Shown piece by piece: positions 52,916-61,444 of a stretch of 64,000 nt of DNA. A program made the position numbers and the translations under genes. Source of the stretch: Acidobacteriaceae bacterium (lineage in GTDB: Bacteria; Acidobacteriota; Terriglobia; Terriglobales; Acidobacteriaceae); contig DATAWD010000051.1 of assembly GCA_036267395.1 (NCBI GenBank), positions 872 to 64,871 of the forward strand, given 5' to 3'. How positions within the stretch are numbered: the stretch's first letter is position 1; each line of letters starts with the position of its first letter. The notes beneath the pieces were generated by a model that was not told the origin of the DNA, searched no databases, and was given only the letters and a program-made list of their open reading frames with translations.

Positions 52916-55681
52916 ATGAGCATCATGTCATCAGAAGGGCTTCGCTCTGCCCTGCGCGTCTTTTGCGCCTGCCTGTTCTCTGCCGCCGTCCTCTCGCTCC
53001 CCGCCCGTGCGCAATCCCCCACGCTCGCGCCCCAGGCCTCCTACAATCCCATCGCCAATCCCGCCGCCGTCGTCCAGTTCGGCGATGCCCGCTTTACCGT
53101 CCTCACGCCCCAGCTCATCCGCATGGAGTGGGCCGCGGATCACCACTTCGAAGACCATCCCTCCTTCGTCTTCCTCAATCGCAATCTGCCCGTGCCGCAC
53201 TTCACCGCGCACCGCTCCCGCCACGAGATCACCCTCGAGACCTCCGCGCTCCATCTCACCTATAAGGACGCCGGCCCCGACAACGGCCGCTTCTCCGCCG
53301 ACGACCTCACCGTCTCCTTCTCTCTCGACGGCAAAACCGTCACTTGGCACCCCGGTCTCGCCGACCCCGAAAACCTCCAGGGCACCACCCGTACCCTCGA
53401 CGGCGCCCTCGGCAGCCACACCCGCGAGCCCATCGGCCAGGGCCTCGTCTCCCGCTCCGGCTGGGCCCTGGTTGACGACTCCACCCGCCCCCTCTTTGAC
53501 TCCGACAACTTTACCTTTGCCCAGGGGGAGCAAAGCCCGTGGCCCTGGGTCATGGCCCGCCCCGCCGGCGATCGCCTCGACTGGTACTTCTTCGGCTACG
53601 GTCACGATTACAAGTTAGCCCTTCATGACTACGTCCAGGTCGCTGGACGCATCCCCCTCCCGCCCCGCTTCGCCCTCGGCGCCTGGTGGTCGCGCTACTG
53701 GGCCTACAGCGATCAGGAACTCGACCACCTCATCCAGGAATTCCACGACAACACGGTCCCCCTCGACGTCCTCGTCATCGACATGGACTGGCACCTCAAC
53801 CGCACCCAGCTTGAGGCGATGCACGAGACCGATCAGTCCGGCCACTCTCTCGGCTGGTCCGGCTACACCTGGAATCCCCTGCTCTTCCCCGATCCCACCG
53901 CCTTTCTCCACCACGTCCATGCTGAGGGCCTCAAGGTCACCATGAATCTCCACCCCGCCTCCGGCGTTCAGCCCTGGGAGAAGGCCTACCCCGCCATGGC
54001 CCGCGCCATGGGCATCGATCCCGCCACCCATAAATACGTGCCCTTCGACATCACCAATAAGAAATTCGCCACCAATTACATGGACATCCTCCACCACCCC
54101 CTCGAACACCAGGGCATCGACTTCTGGTGGCTCGACTGGCAGCAGGAGGCCAACACCCAGACCCCCGGCGTCAATCCCACCTGGTGGCTCAACTACGTCC
54201 ACTTCACTGACCAGGAACGCGAAGGCAAGCGCCCGCTCCTCTTCCATCGCTGGGGCGGACTCGGCAATCACCGCTACCAGATCGGATTCTCCGGCGACAC
54301 CATCTCCGTCTGGCCCTCCCTCGCCTTCCAGCCCTGGTTCACCGCCACCGCCGCCAACGTCGGCTACGCCTGGTGGAGCCACGACATCGGCGGCCACATG
54401 CCCGGCGTCGTCGATCCCGAGCTCTTCACCCGCTGGGTCGAGTTCGGCGCTTTCAGCCCCATCCTCCGCACCCATACCACTAAGAATCCCGACGCCGAGC
54501 GCCGCATCTGGGCCTATCCCGAGCCCTACTCCGCCATCATGCGCGCCACCTTCCGCGAGCGCTACGCCATGCAGCCCTACCTCTACACCGAAGGCCGCCG
54601 CACCTACGATACCGGCGTCGCCTTCTTCCACCCGCTCTACTACGACTGGCCCGAAGCCGACCCCGCCTACGACAACAAAGATGAGTACGTCTTCGGCAAA
54701 AATATGATCGTTGCCCCCGTCGTCGCACCCGCCGACTCCACCACACTTCTCTCCACCGAATCTCTCTGGATCCCCCCCGGCTCCTGGATCGAGCGCGCCA
54801 CCGGCCGCCACTTCACCGGCCCCAAAGAGGTCACCCGCTCCTTCTCCATCGACCAGATCCCCGTCTACGTCCCCGCCGGCGCCATCATTCCCCGTGAGCC
54901 GCCTATGGAGTACACCGGCCAGAAGCCCATTGATCCCCTCATCCTCCGCGTCTATCCCCTCTCTGACAACCAGACCAGCACCTACCGCCTCTACGCCGAC
55001 GCCAGCAGTTCAGAGGCCTATCAGCGCGGCATCTGCACCTGGACTCCGCTCTCCGCCGACCAGCATGGCGATACGCTCACCGTCTCCATCGCCCCGGTCG
55101 AAGGCGACTACCCCGGCAACATCGAGCAGCGCGCCTACCAGATCGAGCTCCCCGGCGACTGGCCGCCCGCGTCTGTCACCGTCAACGGCACAAATCTTGA
55201 TTTCACCGGCCAGCAGACCGGAAAACCGGGCTGGCGCTACGAAGGCAACACCCTCACCACCGTCATCTCCACCCCGCGCTATTCCGTCCACACCGGCGTC
55301 ACCGTCACCGTCAGCCGCGCGCCCGGCTCGCTCGCCTCCCGCGCCCAGCTCGATGGCTTCCCCGGCGCCATCGCCCGCCTGCAGGGGGCGTATAACGCGT
55401 TGAACTCCGTCTGGCCCACCACGTGGTCCCCCAACGTCCTCATCGACGCCTGGCAAACCGGCGACCGCCTCAACTACCACCCCGAAACGGCACACCAGGA
55501 GATCGCCCGCTTCGCCTCCCTCTACACCCAGAGCCAGGCAGCCGTGCAAACTCTCCTTGACAAAGAAGGCCAGCTGGGAACCCAGCCCGGATCCGGCGCC
55601 CAGCGCCAGAATCCCGAGCAGGTGCGCCTTTACTTCAACCGAGCCGCTGCCCTCCTCAAAGACGGAGCCCCAACCCCCTGA
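52916..55681 (+). CDS. Exported GH31-like TIM-barrel glycoside hydrolase
   Basis: ATG 52916 gives MSIMSSEGLRSALRVFCACLFSAAVLSLPARAQ. Has VLVIDMDWH, GWSGYTWN, GLKVTMNLHP, GIDFWWLDWQQE and GFSGDT, plus a long C-terminal beta-sandwich region. Confidence 0.78.
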   Translation: MSIMSSEGLRSALRVFCACLFSAAVLSLPARAQSPTLAPQASYNPIANPAAVVQFGDARFTVLTPQLIRMEWAADHHFEDHPSFVFLNRNLPVPHFTAHRSRHEITLETSALHLTYKDAGPDNGRFSADDLTVSFSLDGKTVTWHPGLADPENLQGTTRTLDGALGSHTREPIGQGLVSRSGWALVDDSTRPLFDSDNFTFAQGEQSPWPWVMARPAGDRLDWYFFGYGHDYKLALHDYVQVAGRIPLPPRFALGAWWSRYWAYSDQELDHLIQEFHDNTVPLDVLVIDMDWHLNRTQLEAMHETDQSGHSLGWSGYTWNPLLFPDPTAFLHHVHAEGLKVTMNLHPASGVQPWEKAYPAMARAMGIDPATHKYVPFDITNKKFATNYMDILHHPLEHQGIDFWWLDWQQEANTQTPGVNPTWWLNYVHFTDQEREGKRPLLFHRWGGLGNHRYQIGFSGDTISVWPSLAFQPWFTATAANVGYAWWSHDIGGHMPGVVDPELFTRWVEFGAFSPILRTHTTKNPDAERRIWAYPEPYSAIMRATFRERYAMQPYLYTEGRRTYDTGVAFFHPLYYDWPEADPAYDNKDEYVFGKNMIVAPVVAPADSTTLLSTESLWIPPGSWIERATGRHFTGPKEVTRSFSIDQIPVYVPAGAIIPREPPMEYTGQKPIDPLILRVYPLSDNQTSTYRLYADASSSEAYQRGICTWTPLSADQHGDTLTVSIAPVEGDYPGNIEQRAYQIELPGDWPPASVTVNGTNLDFTGQQTGKPGWRYEGNTLTTVISTPRYSVHTGVTVTVSRAPGSLASRAQLDGFPGAIARLQGAYNALNSVWPTTWSPNVLIDAWQTGDRLNYHPETAHQEIARFASLYTQSQAAVQTLLDKEGQLGTQPGSGAQRQNPEQVRLYFNRAAALLKDGAPTP

Positions 55682-55685
55682 AAAA

Positions 55686-55717
55686 TGTCATTCTGATCCC
55701 CAGCGGTGCGCCGACGG
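55686..55717 (+). repeat. Gene-3'-flank element, copy 4 (degenerate: TGTCATTCTGA-TCCCCAGCGGTG-CGCCGACGG)
   Basis: Starts 4 nt after the GH31 stop (TGA 55679-55681). Shares the TGTCAT head and the TCCCCAGCGG box with copies 2 and 3. Confidence 0.55.
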
Positions 55718-55853
55718 TCTGCACTTCCATCGAAGGCGCACCCGCCGAGAAACATCTCCAACGGTTCAAAGGCGTCGTCATCCAGCGCGCAGCGGCGCCG
55801 CCACGAGGCACGACGGAGAAAGCCACAGCCTGCAAAAGTTGCCGCTTTGAAAG

Positions 55854-55873
55854 GGCACGGCTTCAGCCGTGCC
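55854..55873. repeat. REP-like perfect hairpin GGCACGGC-TTCA-GCCGTGCC
   Basis: 8-bp GC-rich stem with a 4-nt loop, in the 311-bp gene-free interval 55682-55992. Confidence 0.7.
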
Positions 55874-55992
55874 GTAACGGGCCGAGAATGGATCCGGCCT
55901 TAGCCGCCGAGGGAAGGTTTTCACTCTGCTATGGCCCCTTTCCGCGACTTGAGTCGCCGCGAAGCGAGCCAAAAAAGCTACCGCCGCCGCCC

Positions 55993-56175
55993 CTACTTTC
56001 TGATGAAATACATCAGCCAGCTCGCGGCAATCACTGAGCCCACAAACAGCACCCAGCAATAAGCGCCATATTTCACCATGGCGCGTGGCGTGGACCGTTG
56101 CGTGATCGCGAAGACCACCGAGGCAAAGGTGGCGAACAGCAGCACGGCGCTGAAGTGGGAGGGGGTGAACGTCAC
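55993..56175 (-). CDS. Hypothetical 60-aa two-TM membrane protein
   Basis: The GTG start overlaps the upstream stop (GTGA). Two hydrophobic helices (FSAVLLFATFASVVFAI; YCWVLFVGSVIAASWLMYF). Confidence 0.45.
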   Translation of the reverse strand: MTFTPSHFSAVLLFATFASVVFAITQRSTPRAMVKYGAYCWVLFVGSVIAASWLMYFIRK

Positions 56176-56576
56176 AGCTTCCTCCCGATGCGCAGGTTGT
56201 GCGCGTCGACCGCGGCTACAAAATTCAGCAGCCCTGCCACTACCACGAACTTCGTCCCGTAATCGGCCGTCACCAGCTGCACCGTGCTCGCCCCCAGTGA
56301 GAAGATGCGGGCGATGAAGTACAGAATCCCCGCCCCCAGGTCTCCTGCAAAACCCAGCATGTCCAGCGGATCGCCCGTGTTCGGCGCATACACTTTCGCC
56401 TGCATCGCCAACCCCAGCGCGAACATCGCCGTGATCGCCACGAACAGCAGCAGCGCCCGAATCCAGTGACGCGTCAACAGGTGTCCGGCGCCCGGCACCA
56501 GCCAGCCGAGGATCAGTGCGGAGTAGGCGAAGCCCGGGGTTGCAGGGGCTGCGGGTGTCTGCGCTTTTGAGGCCAT
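56172..56576 (-). CDS. Hypothetical polytopic membrane protein (GWLVPGAGHL motif; DUF6677-like)
   Basis: 134 aa with 3-4 TM segments, an ATG start and good third-position GC bias. Confidence 0.6.
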   Translation of the reverse strand: MASKAQTPAAPATPGFAYSALILGWLVPGAGHLLTRHWIRALLLFVAITAMFALGLAMQAKVYAPNTGDPLDMLGFAGDLGAGILYFIARIFSLGASTVQLVTADYGTKFVVVAGLLNFVAAVDAHNLRIGRKL

Positions 56577-56637
56577 CTCTTAACGAATATACAGGGCGCG
56601 AGGGCCGCAGGGCAGCCGCCGGCCGGCCGGCAAAACT

Positions 56638-57513
56638 CTACTGCGCCGCATGCCGCTTCTCTTTCCCGATCCGCACGTTCAGCCCTACAAACGGTCCCCA
56701 CACATTGATCCCGAAATCCTCATACTTCGGCTGCGACAAATAAGCGTTGGAGACGTGCATGTATTCCGCTCCCGCTTCCAGGCTCGTCCGCGGGCTGAAG
56801 TTATACCGCGCCCCGGCTCCCAGCATCAGCGTAAACGTCAGGTCCTGCCCCTGCGCATACAGCACCCCCTCCGGCCCCTTCGCGTTGATGTTCCCAATGC
56901 CGCCCCGCATATCCCAGAACGGCGCGATCCTCGATCGCGGCGGCACGAAATTGCGCCGAATCCCGTAATCGAAAGCGAAGTACCGCGTCTCCGCTCCCCG
57001 TGGAATCGCTGTATACGATCCGCTGAACGTGAAATCCCAGTTCCCGCGAAATATCCATGCATGATCGATCCCGTCCACATGCCACCGCAGCGACGCAAGG
57101 TTCGGCACCATCGTGTAATGGAGTGGCCAGATCGTATAAGGACTATCGACCACGAAATCAAAGACGAACGGAATATTGATCGGCAGCCACCCGGTTTCCA
57201 GCGAGAATTCCAGCTTGTTCCTGTAGTAAATTTCCCGATTGAAATCCGGCCGCTTCTCAGGCTGCGGAATCCTCTCCACACTCGACGACCCTCCGTCGCC
57301 CTTCAGCGGAGCTTGCTGCCTCTCACTCGATCCCTCCCCTGGTTGTTTCTGAACGGCCATCAATCCCCAACCGTCAGGCTGTGCCATCGGAAACACCTGG
57401 GTTTCCGCGCAGGTTGCCCCGCTCGTCCCGGGCGCAAACAACGCCATCTGCCCGAAAAGTGCAGGGCTCGCGAGGTTGGACAACACCGCCAGAGCGAACA
57501 ACGAAGCGCGCAT
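56638..57513 (-). CDS. PagL-like outer-membrane acyloxyacyl hydrolase (lipid A deacylase family)
   Basis: 291 aa with a signal peptide. Amphipathic beta-strand pattern. YMHVSNAYL (H-x-S-N catalytic-type motif). C-terminal barrel strand GPFVGLNVRI followed by a short basic tail. Confidence 0.72.
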   Translation of the reverse strand: MRASLFALAVLSNLASPALFGQMALFAPGTSGATCAETQVFPMAQPDGWGLMAVQKQPGEGSSERQQAPLKGDGGSSSVERIPQPEKRPDFNREIYYRNKLEFSLETGWLPINIPFVFDFVVDSPYTIWPLHYTMVPNLASLRWHVDGIDHAWIFRGNWDFTFSGSYTAIPRGAETRYFAFDYGIRRNFVPPRSRIAPFWDMRGGIGNINAKGPEGVLYAQGQDLTFTLMLGAGARYNFSPRTSLEAGAEYMHVSNAYLSQPKYEDFGINVWGPFVGLNVRIGKEKRHAAQ

Positions 57514-57761
57514 AGCGTCAAAGGCCAGCTGTCGTTCCCGTCTGCGGCCTTTGCGGCCGGCGCAAAGGACTCCCGAGAAGCTCCTCCGCCGATACCTTCA
57601 GATTTCGGGCCGAAGCGGAACTTGCACCGCAGTCTAAGGGACGCGCAACCCTGTGGCAAGAGAGCTTTGGAAAACCCATCGCAACGCGGCCCACGGCAAC
57701 TCCTCTTCGCTGCACGGCGGCTGCCGGCATCCCGCCCACCCATCCCCGATACAATGCCCGC

Positions 57762-58646
57762 ATGGATACTCCGCAGGCCGGCATCTTCGCCCTGGGAACT
57801 TCTTCGCATACCTACCTGGAGTTCGACCTCCTGGACGCCGCCCAGCACGCGGAGTTCGCCTCCGCCATCTCCTCCATCCGTGAGCCGCGCACCACCACCG
57901 GAGGCGTCAACTTCGTCATCGGCTTTCGCCCCGAGCTCTGGCGTCGCTTGACTCCCGCCGCCATCCCGCCCGCCGTCGAAGGCTTCAACCGCGAGATTCG
58001 CGGTTCAGAAACCTTCGTCATGCCCGCCACCCAGCATGACGCGCTGGTCTGGCTCTCCGGCAGTGCCTACGACGTCCTCTTCGACATGGCCCGCTCCGTC
58101 GTGCGCGACCTCCACGGCCTCGCCTCCCTCGCCGACGAAACCTCCAGCTGGCCTTACCAGCACGACCGCGATCTCACCGGCTTCATCGACGGCTCTGAAA
58201 ATCCCACCCTGCTCGACGCTCCCGCCGCCTCCCTCATCCCGGAAGGCCAGCCCGGCGCGGCCGGCTCCGTGCTCCTGCTGCAGAAGTGGAAGCACCTCGT
58301 CGCGCAGTGGGAAGCGCTCCCCACCGCCCGCCAGGAAGCCATCATGGGACGCAGAAAACTCGACAGCGTCGAGCTCGATGACAAGCCATCGGACTCCCAC
58401 GTCGCTCGCACCGATCAGGATGAGTTCGGAAAAATCTTTCGCCGCAATATGCCCTGGGGCGGTGTGCACGAACACGGAACCATGTTCGTGGGCTTCAGCG
58501 CCGACCAGCGTCGCCTCGCCAACATGCTCGACAGCATGGCCGGCCTCGCCAACGGAACCCGCGATGCCCTCACCCGCTATACCGTTCCGCTTACCGGGTC
58601 GTACTATTTCGTGCCCTCGGTCGAAAGCCTGCTTCGCCTTCGCTGA
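57762..58646 (+). CDS. Dyp-type (dye-decolourising) haem peroxidase, YfeX-like
   Basis: 294 aa. Has PQAGIF, RDLTGFIDGSENP, VARTDQDEF, FRRNMPWG and GTMFVGF. Confidence 0.9.
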   Translation: MDTPQAGIFALGTSSHTYLEFDLLDAAQHAEFASAISSIREPRTTTGGVNFVIGFRPELWRRLTPAAIPPAVEGFNREIRGSETFVMPATQHDALVWLSGSAYDVLFDMARSVVRDLHGLASLADETSSWPYQHDRDLTGFIDGSENPTLLDAPAASLIPEGQPGAAGSVLLLQKWKHLVAQWEALPTARQEAIMGRRKLDSVELDDKPSDSHVARTDQDEFGKIFRRNMPWGGVHEHGTMFVGFSADQRRLANMLDSMAGLANGTRDALTRYTVPLTGSYYFVPSVESLLRLR

Positions 58647-58886
58647 CCCTCGCAGTCAGCTTCGTTGCCAGAGCCACGAAGCAGCATCCTCCAGGCAGCC
58701 ACCGGCACGAGTTTCAGCAGCCGCTCAGCGTTGTTTTTTGGGTCTGCGAGAAAGCGCCCGCGATCCGGCGTCGATCCAAAGACGGAGTAGCCATCAGCAC
58801 GCGGATCAACTCCATCGCGTGGCGGCTCAGTCCTGTCCTCGCGGTCGACGAAGCCTACGCCTCGCCGCCCGCATCCCCGGCCCTGC

Positions 58887-60545
58887 TCAGCTGGGAAGGC
58901 CCGCCAGGTGGTACTTGCTCTGCTCCACAAACTCTTCCCATCGAACACGTGCGCGATCGTTGTTCTCGGCCCTGCGTTCCACGGGCTCGTTCACCGGCTC
59001 CCGACTGCTGTCCACGAAGGCAGACACCTGCTCCTTGCTCTGGTCGGCCAGGGCGCTTACCTCTTCCGCAGCCTGACGCGTCCGGCCCACGTACTCGCTC
59101 ACCTGCTCCTTGCTCTGGTCCACCAGGGCGCTGATCTCTTCTGCAGCCCGCCGGATGCGCTCTACGAACTCGTTCACCTGCAGTTTGCTCTGGTCCACAA
59201 TCGCGCCCACCTCTTCCGCGTTCTGGCGACTGCGATCCACGTGCTCGCTCATCTGTTCCCGGCCCTTGTCCACCAGGGCAGCCACCTGCTCCCTGCTCTG
59301 ACCCACGAAAACGCTCACCTCTTCCGCGGCCTGCCGGGTCCGTTCCACTGACTCGGCCATCTGCTCCCGGCTCTTATCCACCAGCCCGGCCACCTGCTCC
59401 CGGCTCTGCTCAACAAAGACGCCCACCGCTTCCGCTGCCTGGCGGGTGCGATCCACATACTCGCTCATTTGCCCCTTGCTGTTGTCCACCAGGGCGGCCA
59501 CCAGTTGTTTGCTCTGCTCCACAACTGCACCCACCTCTTCCGCGGCCTGGCAGGTGCGATCCACATACTCGCTCATTTGCCCCTTGCTCTTGTCCACCAG
59601 GGCAGCCACCTGCTCCTTGCTGTGTTCAACAACGGCGCCCACCTCTTCCGCGGCCTGGCGGGTGCGATCTACGTACTCACTCACCTGCTCCCGGCTCCTG
59701 TCCACCAGGGCAGCTACCTGCTCCTTGCTCTGTTCAACAACCGCACCCACCTCTTCCGCAGCCTGGCGCGTGCGATCTACGTACTCGCTCACCTGCTCCC
59801 GACTCTTGTCCACCAGCGCAGCTACCTGCTCCTTGCTCTGTTCGACAACCGCGCCCACCTCTTCCGCAGCCTGGCGCGTGCGATCCACGTACTCGCTTAC
59901 CTGCTCCCGGCTCTGCTCGACAAGGACGCTCGCCTCTTCCGCCGCCTGGCGCGTGCGATCCAGGTACTCGCTCACCTGCCCCCTGCTTTGGTCCACGAAG
60001 GCAGCCACGTGTTCCCGGCTCTGCTCGACAACAGCACCTACCGCTTCCGCGGCCCGGCGGGTGCGATCCACGTACTCGCTCACCTGCTCCAGGCTCTTAT
60101 CCACGAGCGCAGCCACCTGCTCCCGGCTCTGCTCGACAAGGACGCCCACCTCTTTCGCAGCCTGGCGCGTGCGATCCACGTACTCGCTCACCTGCCCCTT
60201 GCTCTGATCCACGAACGCGGCCACGTGCTCCCGGCTCTGCTCGACAACGGCGCCCACCTCGTCCGCCGCCTGGCGGGTGCGATCCACATACTCGCTTACC
60301 TGCTCCCGACTCTGGTCCACGAGCGCGGTCACCTGCCGCCGGCTCTCGTCGATAAGGGCGCTGACCTCGTCCGCCGCCTCGCGTGCGCGGGCGCGCAGGA
60401 ATTCGGTATCCTCGTGGGCGTCGTCGCCAACGTCCTCGTGCCTGTCGCGGCCGGATTTCGGGGCATAGAGAATCCCGGCCAGAGCGCCGGCGCCCAATCC
60501 GGCAACAAGCCATCCCAATCCGTGATTCTTGCTTTCGTCTGCCAT
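58887..60545 (-). CDS. YtxH-domain membrane-anchored protein made of tandem amphipathic repeats (LEA/apolipoprotein-like)
   Basis: ATG 60545 is preceded by GAAGGAAG. N-terminal GLGWLVAGLGAGALAGILYAPKSG (YtxH-type). This is followed by about 14 units of ..VDxSREQVSEYVDRTRQAAEEVGAVVEQSKEQVAAL... Confidence 0.85.
   Translation of the reverse strand: MADESKNHGLGWLVAGLGAGALAGILYAPKSGRDRHEDVGDDAHEDTEFLRARAREAADEVSALIDESRRQVTALVDQSREQVSEYVDRTRQAADEVGAVVEQSREHVAAFVDQSKGQVSEYVDRTRQAAKEVGVLVEQSREQVAALVDKSLEQVSEYVDRTRRAAEAVGAVVEQSREHVAAFVDQSRGQVSEYLDRTRQAAEEASVLVEQSREQVSEYVDRTRQAAEEVGAVVEQSKEQVAALVDKSREQVSEYVDRTRQAAEEVGAVVEQSKEQVAALVDRSREQVSEYVDRTRQAAEEVGAVVEHSKEQVAALVDKSKGQMSEYVDRTCQAAEEVGAVVEQSKQLVAALVDNSKGQMSEYVDRTRQAAEAVGVFVEQSREQVAGLVDKSREQMAESVERTRQAAEEVSVFVGQSREQVAALVDKGREQMSEHVDRSRQNAEEVGAIVDQSKLQVNEFVERIRRAAEEISALVDQSKEQVSEYVGRTRQAAEEVSALADQSKEQVSAFVDSSREPVNEPVERRAENNDRARVRWEEFVEQSKYHLAGLPS
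59000..60410 (-). repeat. Coding tandem repeat array: 14 units of 108 nt (36 aa) or 75 nt (25 aa)
   Basis: Equivalent anchor positions at 59073, 59148, 59223, 59331, 59439, 59547, 59655, 59763, 59871, 59946, 60054, 60162, 60270 and 60378. Spacings are 75, 75, 108 x6, 75, 108 x4. Confidence 0.9.
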
Positions 60546-60831
60546 GGCGAGATCTCTTCCTTCGTTGAGCTTCACGCTGCCTGCCCTTGCACCAGGCGTG
60601 CAATCCAGCCGTCGGGTTGGCGCATCGTGCGGCGCCCACTCCTAGGGTTAAGTCAGTGTCGCTCGGATTGATGATGGTCACGTCAGTGATTCACTTTCAA
60701 TGACCCCAGGGGTACCCTCAGCTACAACTACCCTGGCCGGCGCCTGGCACTTTCGTTGCAGTCGGCACCCCGGAGAAACGGGTCATCTGTCCCGAATCTG
60801 ACGCCGCGCTTCCAGAATCCAACGCACGTGC

Positions 60832-61197
60832 ATGGAAGAAAGGCAGCCTTCGTCAATGGAGAGAGAAGAAGTCAGCAGGATTCGTCGGACTTTACTCTGT
60901 TCGGCTCCCGTGGAAGATCTTCCCGGGGGGGAGGCGCGTCTGTACCTGATTGAGTACTCCCCCGGCGCTGATGGCAGCGGCCATCATCATCCCGTCGTTG
61001 GCCTGGGATATATGCTGAGCGGAACCATCCTTTCCGCATTCGCCGACGATGAAGTCGTTTCCATTAACGAAGGTCAAAGTTTCCTCGACGCGGCGCACCT
61101 GGTTCATACAGTCTCCCGGAACGCCAGCCCAACCGAGCCGGCTCGATTTGTGATTGCCTACACGGTGAAGCATCAGGAGCCGGTCACCATCCTCTGA
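60832..61197 (+). CDS. Cupin-domain protein
   Basis: 121 aa (alternative ATG 60856). Has GHHHPVVGLGYMLSG and then HLVHTV, a two-motif cupin pattern. Confidence 0.8.
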   Translation: MEERQPSSMEREEVSRIRRTLLCSAPVEDLPGGEARLYLIEYSPGADGSGHHHPVVGLGYMLSGTILSAFADDEVVSINEGQSFLDAAHLVHTVSRNASPTEPARFVIAYTVKHQEPVTIL

Positions 61198-61444
61198 GTA
61201 ACCTTTGCTTTTACGCGACCTTCAGAGGACGCCGGATCGGTGGCGGCGGCCCGGCGCGCTGGGCGCAACCCCTAAAATTAGATGGGCTGCCGCCCCGCCG
61301 GCCAGGTTCACCCCACAGCAAGCAGCAAACTCCCCTCCCATCGAATCGTCCACCAATGGACCTCCTGCTCTCGCCCCAAAGTCCCGTGCCTGGAACCGTT
61401 TTGAAGCATCACGCTCTCAGCTCCCTGAAACCCCAACCGGCTCG

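Noticed and set aside
53615-54811. 398-aa ORF antisense to the GH31-like gene
   Set aside because: It shows the antisense signature. The plus frame has the conserved GH31-type blocks.
56650-57951. 433-aa ORF overlapping the PagL-like gene (antisense) and the Dyp gene start
   Set aside because: It is Arg/Pro-rich, crosses a divergent promoter region, and both overlapped genes have family motifs.
57762-58646. Dyp peroxidase as encapsulin cargo
   Set aside because: There is no encapsulin shell gene nearby. The protein ends right after the conserved core (..YYFVPSVESLLRLR) with no C-terminal targeting extension.
59446-60671. 253- and 400-aa plus-strand ORFs inside the tandem-repeat array
   Set aside because: These are periodic artefacts of reading the 108-nt repeats on the wrong strand. 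The minus frame has a start with an SD, a YtxH N-terminus and amphipathic-helix periodicity.
60685-60695. Palindrome AGTGA-T-TCACT upstream of the YtxH and cupin genes as a regulator site
   Set aside because: It is short (5-bp arms), unique within the window, and has no supporting conservation data.
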